The notes beneath the pieces were generated by a model. The model worked only from the letters and a program-made list of their open reading frames with translations, was not told the DNA's origin and made no database searches. A program made the position numbers and the translations under genes. A stretch of 64,000 bases of DNA. Source: Takakia lepidozioides. Lineage: Eukaryota > Plantae > Bryophyta. Shown here in pieces: positions 38,126-52,200 of the stretch; the first letter of the stretch is position 1; each line of letters begins with the position of its first letter. Where the stretch lies: positions 31,310,001 to 31,374,000 of the forward strand of contig CM060733.1 of NCBI GenBank assembly GCA_030704615.1. Direction: 5' to 3'.

Positions 38126-38929
38126 GTCGATTAACTTAGGGTATGTGTTTTTAGTCCTACATTGCAGCTGACCTGCATACGAGACCTATCACTGCATCTA
38201 TACCCACCCTATCTCTCCAACTTCATTCGATTTGCATTTGCTGACATTGTGATCATGCTTGCTGTAAGGTCTGATATTGCTAGTTTTTCGCACGTTAAAG
38301 TCAGATAATATACATGGAATTCTACACGTTTGTGATAGAAGTGAATGGATGCACCATTACTCTGCTGATTGGACACTCACGTGCTTCAAACAGAGTAACC
38401 CAAGCATAATACCCGAGCAATTTGTATAATCGACAGTTGATGGTTTTTTGGCTGACTTCGCATTGTAGATAAGGCATCGGGAGATAATTCTCTCTGTCCA
38501 AGGGAGTGGAGAACATGAAGTCTCGCCTGAATTGTTCTGTCTCATGGCCTAGTCATGCAAAGCAATTATGCAAACATGCTAAGGCATGATGATGCAGTCA
38601 TACCAGGATCACCAGGGATTTGTAAGGAGTTGAATTTTTTTGTCGATCACCTTTCCCATTATCATTATGTGGAAGGTTTTTTTTACGAGAACGAGGAGAG
38701 TCCTACCACACAACTGAGAGAGCATCAGAGTGGATTGCAGTAAGCTTATCTCTTACGGTCTTGTTCATACAAGGCCAGGGAGTGTCTCTAGACCTATTTA
38801 ATTACACTGACTCTTGAATATGTGGGCGGGCTTACTTGCAATGTAGTCACTGCTTGCCTGGTTCTAGAATGTGGGCAAGGGCTGATTGTGATGTCACACA
38901 GGCCTCCTCCGCTCTGCTGCAGTTGACAT

Positions 38930-39905
38930 GCTGCAACCCTGTCGACTTTCTGATTGCGCGAAGAGATACTTTGATCTTTGGGGGCTAGAGGCTAATGTCA
39001 GCAAATGTGCAGTGGTAGCATTCAACGACAGAGGAGAAGGAGGAAGTGATCTTAAGTGGCAGTGGGGTAGCCAAGAGATCCCGCTCCTTCCTTCCTACAC
39101 TTACCTGGGCGTTGAGTTTTCCTCCAATTGTAATTGGGATGCACATATCCGGAAAGTTGTTCAAACTGGCAAGGGCAAAGCTCTGGGGCTCACTAAATTT
39201 TTCCACTGCAGAGGGGTCAACTTTGAGGTTAAGAAAACCATGCCTTGTTGCGTTATTAGACCTACCTTGGAGTACGGATCTGCAATATGGGTTGATAACT
39301 CCAACCAGGCTAAGTCTCTAGAATCCATTCAAGTGGGGGTGCTTAAGGAGTGTATGTCAGCATGCCCCAAAACAGCCAATGTGGCTGTTCGGGGTGAGTT
39401 TGGCATTCCGTCCTTAAGTTCCCGACGAGATGAATTCAAGGTCAGATGGTGGAGTCAGCTGCAACATATGGCCAACACCAGATATCCTAAGTTAATCGAC
39501 TCTATATCTTGGAAACAGGACCGCCCTGTCAAACAGGCTAAGTCAGGACTGGCAGAAGAGAGTAGAAGAGATTCTCAAGGACCTGGACTTGGATCCGCAA
39601 GTCTTGACCCTGCTGGATAAATCTTACTTAGAGGCTGTAGTGGCCAAAGCCATGTCTGTTGCCATGAGATTGTCTGATGAAAATGAAGTTAGGCAGAAAA
39701 CTTCCCTAAACTTGTTTCCAGTCAGTGACATGGGGGAGGACATCTTGGATGACCTCAAGGGTCTACCCACTTTCGGCACTAGACTGAAATTTAAACTCAG
39801 GGCAGGAAGCCTACCTTTGAACAGCAAACAGAAGCAGAGAGGAAAGGGAGGGTGCAATTGCCCGTTGTGTGGGCAATCTGAAGACAATATTCATTTTCTT
39901 CGGAG
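38930..39905 (+). mobile_element. 5'-truncated non-LTR retrotransposon (RT C-terminus plus Zn knuckle)
   Basis: LEANVSKCAVVAF...YTYLGVEF...WDAHI...RPTLEYGSAIW, then KLRAGSLPL...CPLC...EDNIHFL after a frameshift. Confidence 0.85.
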
Positions 39906-40744
39906 TGTGAGCTGCCTTTCTCACTGTTGGCGATGCTGGAAAGTCGTTTGAGGTTGGGGCTGGTGTGAGCCGTCCGGGCTGCTGGCATGCTGCAGGTGGA
40001 GGGGCTCCTTGTTGGGGAGAGAAATCGGCCTTGGATGATCTCATTTCCTGGGGCGAGTTGACCTCTTCGTTGGTGATTTCTATCTGGTCTTGGGCGGGCT
40101 TGGGTTGCAGTACTTGGTCGTCAGCGAAGTATTGCTCATGGGAGACGTGCATGTCACTGACTTCTTCAATTGGGCTCAACTGAGCAGAACCTTCTTCTTC
40201 GTTGCTCATCTTGGCCCTATCCTGTTTCACTAGAGTGTAGGGGTTGAGGATGTGCAGCCTATGGGTTGCTAAGCCTGTTGAGCAGGGGTGTCTAATGTTG
40301 ACACGAGCTTGGGTCAGGGTGCTACTTGGTTTAGAATGATACAAGCATGGAGGTATATTGTGGTGGAGCAATGGAGCTAGGAAGGGAGAGGCGTGAGAGA
40401 TAGTGGGAGGGATGAATGTGCTTAGTGGGTGGGTAAGTGTGGTACTGGCCTTTATGTATGAAATTTGTTTTGTGGTGGCGGCAAGACAGTGTGGGTTGCC
40501 AATGATCTGCAGCGGAGATTGGGCATTGCAGTTATTGCATTGCCAACTCGGGTGGTCTCGTGCTTTGTGTATGCAAGTAATTTGGTGGGGCAAAGACGGC
40601 TGATGCGCTAATGTTGCAGTGGGTTGGGTCTGGCGGGAATTAATCCAATGGCATGGTGTTGTGAAGGCATTGGCAGGGGCATTGAGGTGGGGGGGCAGCA
40701 TTCGGGTGTGGGAAGTTGGATCTATGGCTGTCACAGGAACTGAT

Positions 40745-41573
40745 TGTAGTGAAGTAGGGTCTTGCTCCCTTATTTAATTATATCCTATAAGCATGGAGGG
40801 AAAAAAGGCTGGTCCCACCAGGGAGGATAGGTTGAGGCAGTGCCTCGAACGTTTTGGCTGGCGGATGAACTGTGATTTCATCCGCCTTTTTTCATCCGTC
40901 TGGCAGGGGCAGTGGTCCCCCCCGCAGGAACGGTTCCCTGGGGTTCCCACAGATCAGGTGCGTTCTCAGGACGTTCCCCGTGGCCCCTGCAGGTAATTCC
41001 TAGATCCCTGGAATCTGGAGCAGATTTTTTGCTCAGTTGTATTTTTATTTTATTTTTCCATTTATTTTATTTATTTCTGGTTATTTATTTGGAAGGAAAA
41101 TAGGAGAAATTGGCTTGTAGCCTTGGAGTTGATTTAAACCCTTCGACCCCTAGATTTGGGAAGTTCAGAAGGGGTTTTTGGCCCATCATGAGAGGTGCTT
41201 GAACTCAATCACCCAGGAATCGGAGGAGCATAGAGGAAGGGATGATCTCTCTTTCTCTCTAGACCCGGTAAGTGTTTTGTGAAGGGACTTAGGGAAGTCT
41301 CGGCTATAAGCGGTTCGGGGGTTTAAGCTAGTAGGACTTAATAATAAACAAAGACTTGGAGAGCAATTAAAAAACAAAAAATACACAAAAAGATAGAAAC
41401 ACAACCTCGTCCTGCGAAGTATAAAATGTATTCTCTTTGTCGGTAGATTAGAATTGTTTGAAGATCCCCTCCACTAGCATTGTCGCGGACCCCTGCACTA
41501 ACCATAGTCGGGTGGGCGGTCCTTGAGCCCAACCCATTCTGCCAGACACCTTTACTTCTCCTATACTAGTACA
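40745..41573 (+). repeat. Probable solo LTR related to element C
   Basis: TGTA...TACA ends and inverted homology to 5340-5720. A TSD was not resolved. Confidence 0.55.
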
Positions 41574-41599
41574 GATTAATGTTTTTATGATTATGGATA

Positions 41600-42230
41600 T
41601 CACTACATTTGCAGTAATAAGTGCTTTTATGACTAACTCACTCTACAGTGACAAACACGAAGTCAGTTCTACCATGAGTGATAAGTGCGAAGTCATGGTC
41701 GTCACTGAGGACGTGGCGTGGGATAGTGATGTAGGGTTTGGTGATATAATCATAACAAAAATAACTACACGATTGTAAGTTATGACTACATCACTACAGT
41801 ATTGCGCCTACATGGAGAGCCCTCTGCGTGACACGTGGGATCCTTGGGATTTGACATGTGTATTCATCTCCATATGGTGCAGTGGACTACACGACTACAT
41901 GTCATGACTACCATGATAACTACATTACTACAGAAGTCCGCCTATATAGTTGTCTGTGTGACACACGTAATCCCTTTGTTATGACACGTGTCCAAATCGT
42001 GAGATGGAGTGTAGTGATGTAGGCGTAATGTTATGATTACATGACTATATTCTATGACTGCACTGATGACTACATAACTACTCAGTATATCGCTGAGGAT
42101 GACATGTGACACATTTTTTGAATACATGTATGACTACATTAGTATGGGTGTGATTATATCAGTACAACACTACATATGCCACGTGGTCTTGTTGGAGTAT
42201 GTGTGAATGACACGTGTTGGTCATGTAGAT
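41600..42230. repeat. Region dense in short CATGACTAC/CACTAC/GACACGTG motifs, possibly the subterminal repeats of a CACTA-like element
   Basis: Many dispersed direct and inverted copies of ATGACTAC and GTAGT. No terminus was confirmed. Confidence 0.35.
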
Positions 42231-43749
42231 TTTAAAATTTGTTATATATTATTCAATTTCAAATGACTAATTTAAATAATAAATTAAAGTAAATTAATAT
42301 GAAATTTAAACAAACCATGTGGAGCTCTCATTAGCACACCAATTGCCAAAGCAATTGGCCCTCTATATCAAGCCACACCCCCTCTGCAGGGAATGAGAGC
42401 CTTGGTTAATGATCAAAGAGTAGACGTCCAATCCTGCTGGCAGTTGCAAAGAGCGGCAAAGAAAGATTCTACCACCAACCTTGTTGCATAGATTGACAGA
42501 AGCACCAATATGATACAATCTGAAAGACAACTACAATCAAACATGTCATCCATAGAACAGCAACATCACAACCACAGCACACACATTCATGTGGTGTTCG
42601 AACTAGTTTTTATATATAAATTTACAAAATATATTTCATTGTTCAAACACGATGTTGCTAAGCACTTACCTAGAAAAAACTAGATTCAACAAATACTGCT
42701 ATAAGTAAGTGTTTTATTGACAAACAAAGCAGTAACACTTCTTAAACCTTATGTCTCAGTAGCTTCAAACTCCAAAGTGTGGTGCTTCCTACCACATCCC
42801 CCAACACAATATGTTTCTTAACATCGTTGAGATATGATAAAGGAGCGTTAGTGATGTATGTCTCTTTGATGTATATAGCTGCATACTGATCTGGCACGTC
42901 AGGGTAGCCCTCACTTACCTTGCAGCCTTGTAGAGAACATATAATCCCTGATCAAACCTTTGTCCGTTGGACATCACGTTAAGGAGCCGAACTTGGTCAC
43001 CCACCTTAAACTGTCATCCCAGCACCCACCAGCAAAAACATTGAGTGAAAATACCATGCACGCTAGACTACGGAGGTCCAAGCATTACAGTACTTAAGTA
43101 CCGGGAGGGGGGTTGCAGCTACTAATAGGGATGGAGGGAGGGAGGGGAGGGAGGAAGGGCAGGCATGAAGGTCTACAGTCAAAAAGTTGCAGCAAACAAT
43201 ATACACAAACACACACACACACATTTCAATTTCTTTCTCTCTACCTACCTACCCAAAAGGCTATGCCAAACACAAGGTCTTATGAGTACTTTCTGTACCT
43301 ACCCTTGGCAATAAACTGAAGTAAATCCCTCACAATGGTCTCCCACTAGATGCAGAGTCTATGACCACAAGGATATTGCAAACGTGAAGGATGGTAGTCT
43401 ACACTCCTGTGGCTAGATAAACAAAATTGGAAAAAGACATCCAAGGAATGTCATTGATATGTTGAGTACAAGGTCATGGACTTACATCAAGCTGACTTTC
43501 AGGCGGCTGCGAGAACTGCTTGAGAGGGCTACTTTTTAGCTCCTCTATTGACTTGTTGACAGCATGGAGCCGCTTCATCATAGGTCCCTATATCACAAAC
43601 CATTACAATTTCTTCAGTGGCATTATAACCTGAAATACGCTAGTTACACAGCTCACTCAAGAGAAACCCATAGCTCATGCAATTCACAAGCAACCCAAGA
43701 ATTCCAAATGTGGACCAACTTACAGTACATTGTTGTACCTTCTGACGAT

Positions 43750-44010
43750 TACACTGAGCAGAATTGTAGGGCTGTTGTCCAAAGAGAGGCTCAGACTTCA
43801 GAAACTGTGGAATACTAGGAGTCTTGCTTGCCCTCTCCAAGAACGGCCACAACACATCGAGTAGATAGCCATCTTTTGGCCTTGATGATCGCATTTTCCA
43901 TGGCTCCGGATATATCCCACTAAATGGAGGATTGTTTGATGCCTTTCTTGGTGTGTCATCAACAAGAAGTGTCTTCAGGACCCCATTCTGGCCACTCTGC
44001 CCACACTCTT
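43750..44010 (-). pseudogene. FCP1/NIF (HAD phosphatase-like) domain C-terminal fragment
   Basis: TLLVDDTPRKASNNPPFSGIYP...LWPFLERA...QFLKSEPLFGQ matches the TLLIDDSPxKxxxNP...FGQ pattern of plant FCP1-homology proteins. The N-terminal DxD motif was not found. Confidence 0.55.
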
Positions 44011-44964
44011 GAATGGTAGCAGCATATTCTTGACTAATATACTTCCTGGGCGCTATCATTTGAAACTAGCTGGTGAAGGTTAAGGTCTATGTATATTGTC
44101 GAAAAGTCAATTGACGTATGTTGTTCTGTTTGGGAGATTGGCGCAGTTCGATTGATTCAGGACAAATTATACCCGGCTCCCAAGCGTTATTGAAGGAACT
44201 GGGGAGACGAAGGGTTGCCTTTGGAGAGCCATATAATTGGAAGTTTTGAAACAACCATATTCTAGCCATGACCAAAGGTCGGAAGCTAGTTTAGCGTAGA
44301 GCAGATATAGGGTGCCATAGTGCCTTGTCATTGTCGCCACGTTTCGTCCTCGTCAAATTTCGTCCGACCTGCCCGAACTGCCCGAAATTGTTTGTAGCGT
44401 GAGGAAGGGATGACGATACCCGGTTCACACACCGATTTCAGAGGGAGATGAGGAGAAGCTTTGGAATGAACACTTTCCTGACCCCAGTCAATGGTGGGAC
44501 AATGGAGACAAAAAGATGAATGGTTTTCGTCATCGAACGAACTGTGAAAGAAGCGTGGAGTTCATTTTCAGAACATTGTCCCTGACTGTCCAGGTTAGGA
44601 AATTTTCCTGCCTTCATTCAATCAATGGTGGGATATGGTGGAAATGTACCTATATCTAAAGCTGACATGTACAGTTCCTTTTATAGCAAAACCACTTATA
44701 CACGTTTCAAATGCAAGCCAAGAATTCACAGTTACTATGGTTACCCTTCGAGAGGATTCTTGGAACTGACATTCATTTATCCTGTTTCGATGGCAGGAAA
44801 AATCCCTTACTACACAGTGCCATCTGTGCGGGAGGTCAAGTGAGCATGCCGAATCTGCAATTGTAGCTGACTGGAGCAAAGAGTTTGATGTGGAAACTCT
44901 GTTTAAGAATGAGGAGTCAGTTGTTATAGCTGGACTCCCTTCTCTGGTCGACACACTTCATGTA

Positions 44965-47784
44965 TCTAGCCTTGTGCTTGATGTGAGTACCATCCGTTGT
45001 TTTCTTTTCCTTAAAGACCCATTTCGAGGTAATATGAGTCTTACCAAGAGGAAGATCAACAAGCTCCCAAGTAGCATTCTCCTTGATTGATGTCATCTCC
45101 TCCTCCATAGCATTAAGCCAGTCAGGATTTGTCACAGCTTCGCTGCAGGATTTGGGTTCCTCATCACACGTAGCAGAAGCAACATAATCCTCTAGCCACT
45201 TCGGAATTCTCGAGCTAGTTGTTGTCTTGGTTCAGAGATGAATGTACATGAGCAGATTGTACAGGAATGGACATTGATGAACTCGATGAACTATCACCAA
45301 ATTTATCAAAAGAGCTACAGTCTCTTTATGCAACAATGCAGACAGTGAGGCTGTAGAGATGTTATTACCAATAGAAGTTAGAGTTGGAGAATCCGCTCCT
45401 TGAAAATTGTCATTCCCAGGTTCCTCATGATGTGGAATTTCCACTGGCCTCATATCGTCTTTTCATTCCTCATGTGAAGATGTGGACTCTTCAGGTGCAG
45501 GCGAGACCGCTACCGTTTTAGGTACATGTTGTGTGTTAGTAAACCCAATTCTGGATTCGTCAATGTGAGCATCTCTGGACACAACTATCTTCTTTAGTGC
45601 AAGACAATAACACCGATAGCCCTTTGTCTCCAAGTCATATCTAAGGAAGACACCTTGAATTGCCCTGGCATCTATTTTTTTTTCTGTTCTCCTTTACAAT
45701 GTGGACAAAAACTAAGCTGCCAAAAGCCCTTAAATGACTCAGATCAGGAGGCTTACCCGTGAGTTTTTGAAATGGACTTGTCCCGGAATTTTCCTTTGTT
45801 GGAGACCTGTTCACCAAATAATTGGCAGTATTTACAGTCTTAGCCCAAAGATAGTTCGGTGCATGACTTCCTTGAGAAATACTGCAAGCTTGTTCCAGAA
45901 TGGTCTTGTTTTTTCTTTTCTGCGACACCATTGGAGTGTGGTGTATGTGCTTGCGTCAATTGTTGAGAAATGCCATGTGTGTCCAGAAACTCTTGGAATC
46001 CCTTAGAAGTAATTCCCTTCTTCTATCTGTACATAGAGTCTTGATTGAGACCTTCGGAAACCGCTTCTCTACCATGGCCTTATTTTTCTTAAAGCAAGAG
46101 AAGACCTCACTTTTCTCTCTTAGAAAGTACAACCATGTAAACCGGCTGTAATCATCAATTAGGATGAGAAAGTATCTCTTTACTCCATATGACTGGACTT
46201 GAAAAGGTCCACACACGTCAGAATGGACAAGCTGTAGAATTTCTGTTGCTCTTGTAGCAGATAATTTCGTGCTCTTTCTCTACATTATTTCCCTATTTAA
46301 CAGGCATCACATGTCCTTTCTATCAGTGGCAGATAAGGTATTCTTTTTGTCAACTTTCCAGTCGTGATGTGAGAGAGACTTCCGGAATTTAAATGGCCAA
46401 GTCTTCTATGCCAAAGGCTCACTAAGTTATTGACCTGTGATGAGAGCTTCGCTTCTGACAAGATGATTACCTCATTGCTTTGAGTGGAGGTGTCAAGTCT
46501 ATAAAGTCCATTACTCAGATCTCTAGTGTCATGTCCGATAGCCTTCCCTTCTTTGTCTATTAGAAGATACCTTTTAGAGTCAAAGATTGCTAGCAAACCC
46601 TTATCTGTCAAAGATCCCACTGAAATCAGATTCTTTTTTAGTCCTGGCACCTAGAGAATGTTGGTGAGCTTCTTTATTTCTCCACTTGGAAAATGGAAGG
46701 TTACATCACTTATTCCTTGGATTGCATGGGCCTCTCCCCCAGCTGCCTTGACACTATGAGATTCTATGACTGGCTGGATTTGATCTATGAGACTTGCATT
46801 GCCTGTCACATGTTTTATATCAAGGAACCATGGTTCTCCATTGAGTTCTACCAAGAGAGCTGCAAGTGTCTAATCAAACATCTCTGCTCCAGCATTGAAT
46901 CAGTAGTTGTTGCTGCCTGCTTGAAGCTATCTTCAGCGATGAAGGCTTGTGCAGATCCTGAAAAAGGTTGGGTAGGTCCATGCATAGAGGGTTGTGATGG
47001 TCCTACAACATCACATCCAGGTGGTACATACATTCCTTTCCCATTACTGGGGCATTGCCCCCAGAAATGACCCGGTTTGCCACATTTGTGACACAGTTGC
47101 CTCGAAACTGCCCGCCTCCCGATCGAGAGTTCCGTCTGTTCCGAAGCAGCGATCAAAATTTGACCACCAATGTCTCCTCATCACGTAGTCCTTTGTTCTG
47201 ACTCATGTACCTTGACTCCTCCAGTTGAAGTCTGCAGCTCAGCTCCTCGAAGGTTGGAAGATCTTTCTCAACTGAGATGATCCAAACCAGTGTTCCAAAG
47301 CTCTCGGGAAGAGCATTGATAATCTGTTCGACTATCATGTGTTCTTATGGAGTGTCTCAAAATTCTGCGAGTTGGTTGAGCTGATTTTTCACTTTGTGCA
47401 GAAAACTTTCCACAGTGGCACCTTCCTCCATCTTGAGTTGCAAAAACTTCCTGCGCACCATGAGCCGCCTGGGGTTGTTTTTGGTGCCATCTTCCTTAGA
47501 ATTTCCCAACATTATTTTGGGTCAGAAACATTGAGAATAAAAGGAATGACATGATCTTTGACAGAGAGTTTGAAAATGGCAAGAGCCTTTCTCTTCATCT
47601 TTCTGAGGCGACCTGCATCTTCAACACTCTCCTCCTCTTCACCTTCTGAGTCTGTGGGAGGATCAAGGATATCCCAAAAGTCCTCATTCTCAAGGATACT
47701 TTGGACTTTGAACTTCCAGAGAGAATAATTATTCATCCCATCGAGCTTGTTGTGCTTAAACAGGGAGAATTCAAGGTTAGACAT
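44965..47784 (-). mobile_element. Degenerate Ty1/copia internal region (gag, PR, INT, start of RT)
   Basis: KLDGMNNYSLWKF; CHKCGKPGHFWGQC; KKNLISVGSL; LWHRRLGH; IDDYSRFTWLYFL; WLNAMEEEMTSIKENATWELV...KHKAR. It contains stops and frameshifts. Confidence 0.92.
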
Positions 47785-48946
47785 TGTAAGACAAGATAAA
47801 AATAACTAAGCTAAGATCTGTGCTCCAAAACAAAATTCTAAGATGACAAGAATAAGAATGAAAGCAAGTTAAAAAAAAGATCAAGATGTGCTTAAAAAAA
47901 GAGATCTAGAATGACAAGGATAAGAGTATCTCAGCTATGCACGTTCTAGTTTATCGGAGACTTCACAACGATATCTGTTCACTTCTAGCGCAGTCATGAA
48001 CTATTCTCACAACATCAACCAGAGCACTATGGAGCAATGCTCCCACTATCATTGACCCACCAAGTGGAGCAATGCTCACACTAAACCAGAGGACCCTTTG
48101 GGTGTGAACCCCTAACAAGTTGGCCTATTTGTGCCATCAAAACTCCAACATACTACCTCCAATGTCAGTGCACATTTCCATAAGTTTCTTAATGAAGGCC
48201 AGCCACCAGCCCTAACCTAACACCATGGCTTGCCATCGTCATGCACAGACATTTGACTTGGGAATATACTGTAAAAAATGTTCAATTCTACTGGATCCAT
48301 GGAACTTTCAATGAGGCAGACATCAAGTAAGGGGGATCCATTCTTCACAAAGCACATATGTGCTCGAATTATAGTGCTTGGAAAGAACAGTGCAGTTTTA
48401 GAGGGCAGAGTTGTGGAAACCCCTAGCTTACTTGCAATTGTTTACAAGTGATACTTCTTTGCATCTATTGATATCATAGTGTAAGCTTTTGTATGCTAGC
48501 ATAAGTGAGGTGTTCTAGTAATAACCTTACATGCTTGTAGATGGAATTTTCCGATAACCTGAAGCATTTTTGTCCTCTGATGGTTAGCAAGTAGTTCTAT
48601 GAAGAGCTGATTTGCTGTATGAAAACAAGGCATCAAACTTCTGTCTAAAACATAATTCATAGTTTTTTCTTCATAAAACATAATCTTTTCTTCATAAAAC
48701 ATAAAACTAATCACTAATATCTTCCCCTCATAAAACAGAAAACCTAAACCTAATGGTTTTCCCCTCCTAAAACAGAAAGCACAATATTTTCCTCATAAAA
48801 CATAAAATGGGAAAAAGCAGGTAAATTGGTTCGTTTTACTACTTGTGTCATCATGCTTTGGTAGTGAGTTTCCATGATACTTCAAGTTACCAGATTAGTT
48901 CAACGTATGTAGTAAAAAGGTCGACGTGTTGCCGAAGCAAGCATAA

Positions 48947-48982
<36 letters not shown>

Positions 48983-49293
48983 ACTTGACCCAGAAGGGCT
49001 ACTGCCTTCAGATATATGTAATAAATAATATAATAAAATAGGGTTTTTTTTACTAGGTAATAAATCAAAATAAGCTCCTTGTGTTCCACTCGCCTTCTCA
49101 CTCTGATTGACCTGCACAAAAATTGTAACAATATATCAAAGCACAGCGATGAAGAAAGTGCTTTGTAGATTACTTTTGTTGAAGTCTGTAGATTGCTGAA
49201 GTAACCAATGAGATAGAAAAGAGCACATAAAGAGAAGTGAATTTGACATGTAATGTTCAAGTGGGCCCACCGCAAGGTCCTCGGACCTCCTCA

Positions 49294-52200
49294 TCAAGAA
49301 GTACGGCTTCGAATCAACATTGGAAATCCATCTTTGGGGATGTAGGTCCTTTTCAGTTTGTAGTTGTCTGGGACTTCGTCAGCTCCCACCCGATCCCACC
49401 TGCCAAGCTAGTCTAGTACATTTTTTAAAATGCTGAAGACAACAAAATGAATGCTAATATCCTTGGGCCGAGAGTGGGTCCTTTGCAATGCACTACAAAA
49501 AGCCAGATCTAACTGAATAGTTGTATTATCAAACACGAGCGAAGAGTTGCTTATCTATGCTAAGTAAGGTTGTTGTCATATGTATAAAGAACACGAGCAA
49601 AGATATATATATATATATATATTACTATTACTATTTTACATCTCAATAAGAGCACATGATGCAACATTACATCACCAACCACAAATACAAAACTTGTAAT
49701 TAGTTCATAACAGTAAACATGTTACCTGCATTTGGCCACAAGGTGGTGTACTAGAAAGAGGGCCTGGGCTCGTGCCACGTCTTGTCCTGGGCATAAGTTT
49801 GCGCCCGCTCCGAAAGGCAAAAATGTGTTGGGTTTGGGAGGTGTCTTTTGACACATGGTAATAGTACACCAATCAATTCCATTTTGGATCCACGACGAGA
49901 AGCCAAATGACTTGGGCATATTTCCTTTGTTTCTTTACATGGTTCAATTGAAGTTGTTGATATTGAACAATACATGTCCTTCAATAATTCATACTTATGT
50001 GGTACCAGTGCCAATTTAGATACCTACTAAAGTAACATAAATGTATCAATTTAAATTAGAACAGCGTGAGGAGAGGTTAAATGAAAGGGGTTGATAATGT
50101 AATGCCCTGCATCATATTTCAAGTAACTTACTATATAAGTAACTAAGAAAAAAATAGTAACTATTTACTATTAGCGGTTTAATTTTTTTTTACTAGATCT
50201 TATGTTATTCTACTAGACACAAATTATCAATTCCTAGCATGTTGAAACTTCCTAATTGACATGACTCATCAACATACACACCAATGAAAGCTTTTGGACA
50301 CAAAAAATAGTCTTGACACGTAAAGGACAGTTGCCCACATATTCTCCATTGCCTGCAGAATCATGCAAAGTCTGACATAGCCAACAAATCCACGACATGT
50401 ACAATACACTGAACAGTTTTGGATAGAAACATACTTGGAACCTAGATGGCTTGAACATCAGCGGGTCTGGATAAATATTTGGGTCTGTATGAACAACAGC
50501 TACTGATCCCCATACGAACGAACCTTTTGGAATTTTGTAGCCTGCAGTCACATGTAATGATGTGCAATCACAAGTCACATATAAATACATGAGATGCATG
50601 GATTGAGCTTTGTACTAAACAAGTGAAATAGATATAGCAATATAATTTTAAAACTTCCGATTCTCCATTGCATCACGATCAAATTTATTGAAATTACATG
50701 TATGTGTGTCATACTTGTAGAGGACTTGTACATCCAGAATTGACGGCTATGGTGAAATATGGGTCCAAAGCATAAGATCGAGACTCTAGGTTGTGGTGAC
50801 TTAACGTACATCCGAGCTGCACCCGAAAATTCATCATTGTGCACTTTTTTTTGGTTCTAAGTTCAAGACTGATCATCTTGCATTTGAAGCAATCAATAAT
50901 TTAATAATAATTATACGATATATATAAACCAAGTATACCTTTAAAAGTAACAGTTTCGGCAGCTTGTCTTGATAGCACTAAGCCGAATGAATGAAGCCGC
51001 AGAACCTCATCAATTACCTATGAGGTCACATTGTTGCAGACATGTGTGCCTTAAGATACATGTAAATAGACAAGTTTCAGGAATTTCAAACACACAGTAA
51101 CAAAGAGGACAGAAATGACTCTTGACCTTCATCCACATGTATCACAATTGGAAATGTCCATGCTCCAAAGGTAAGTTGAATGAGAAAACATTTTGAAATA
51201 TGGATATAGAATACGTACTTGTACTGTAAGAGGCATAGATGATTTTATGTTGAACCATTTCAAGGAGTCATCTTCAAGCATTTTCTTTTGTACTCCATCC
51301 TGCTCTGCCTGCGCAAATCATTGTACACACCATACCAATCAAGCATTGAGACGTAACAACTTGGACTGTAATTTATGATCCAATTCATGTTCACATTGAT
51401 GATATACATTCATTAATTAAGAGCCGGGTAAGTCAGTTTAGATTTCACTTGGTTGTAATTTGGAGACTTCAAATGCTTATAATAAGCAAAATCTGAACTG
51501 ACATATGTTAGGCCAACAATTGTAGAATCATATGATTCTGTGGGCAACAATACCTGAATGGATTCTAGCACTCTTGGATAGTCGTGAAGATATTTGATAA
51601 TCCATGGAAGCATACTTGATATGGTAAACCTGAACGCAAAGAATGCTGCAAGGATGAAGCAGGCCATGTCATAATGTGAATGGTTGTGGGTCTTATCCGC
51701 CATTATGCAGCTTAAAAGGTCTTTTCGTTGGCATCCTTCTTCAATCCTCTTTGTTATGCATTTCTGAATGCGGCCAATAAATACTTCCCGAGCCTGAATA
51801 ATATAATCACAAATAGAAGAAACCATCCTTTTAGGCCAATTTGTATCCAAACCACGGCTGAACAATTAGTAATATAAATCATGCACAATAACTCCTCAAT
51901 AGTCACCATTCAAGAAGAGCAACGGGACACCGAAAGATTGAAGAGAGTGACTAGGATGGTGAAGGGGACCATCACCTTCAATGCCTTGTAGTAGGGGAAA
52001 GGGGGAAGATTGATTGGTACACTGAAAATCCCTCTTTTAATTATCTCCATCTCTTCCTGTACACCCTCTATTTCTTTGTCTGCCGTCTCCGTCCACGCAA
52101 GGTCCATATACGCAAGAGTGGTAAACTGCAAAACACCACTCACGCACATCACTCGCACAAAATATGTTTACTATCAGCAAGACTGGCATGTATAATGTTC

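Noticed and set aside
38320-38745. Exon-like segments with a possible GTAAG donor
   Set aside because: They contain stops and could not be assigned to any protein family.
39811-40734. 307-aa minus-strand ORF
   Set aside because: It is low-complexity and overlaps the LINE end, with no recognisable domain; possibly a TE ORF1 remnant but unsupported.
49294-49399. Suspected frameshift in the last P450 exon
   Set aside because: Base-by-base reading gives an in-frame RWDRVG...YIPKDGFPMLIRSRTS-stop, so the gene is intact.
48949-49621. (TA)n microsatellites near the P450 3' end
   Set aside because: They are ordinary simple repeats.
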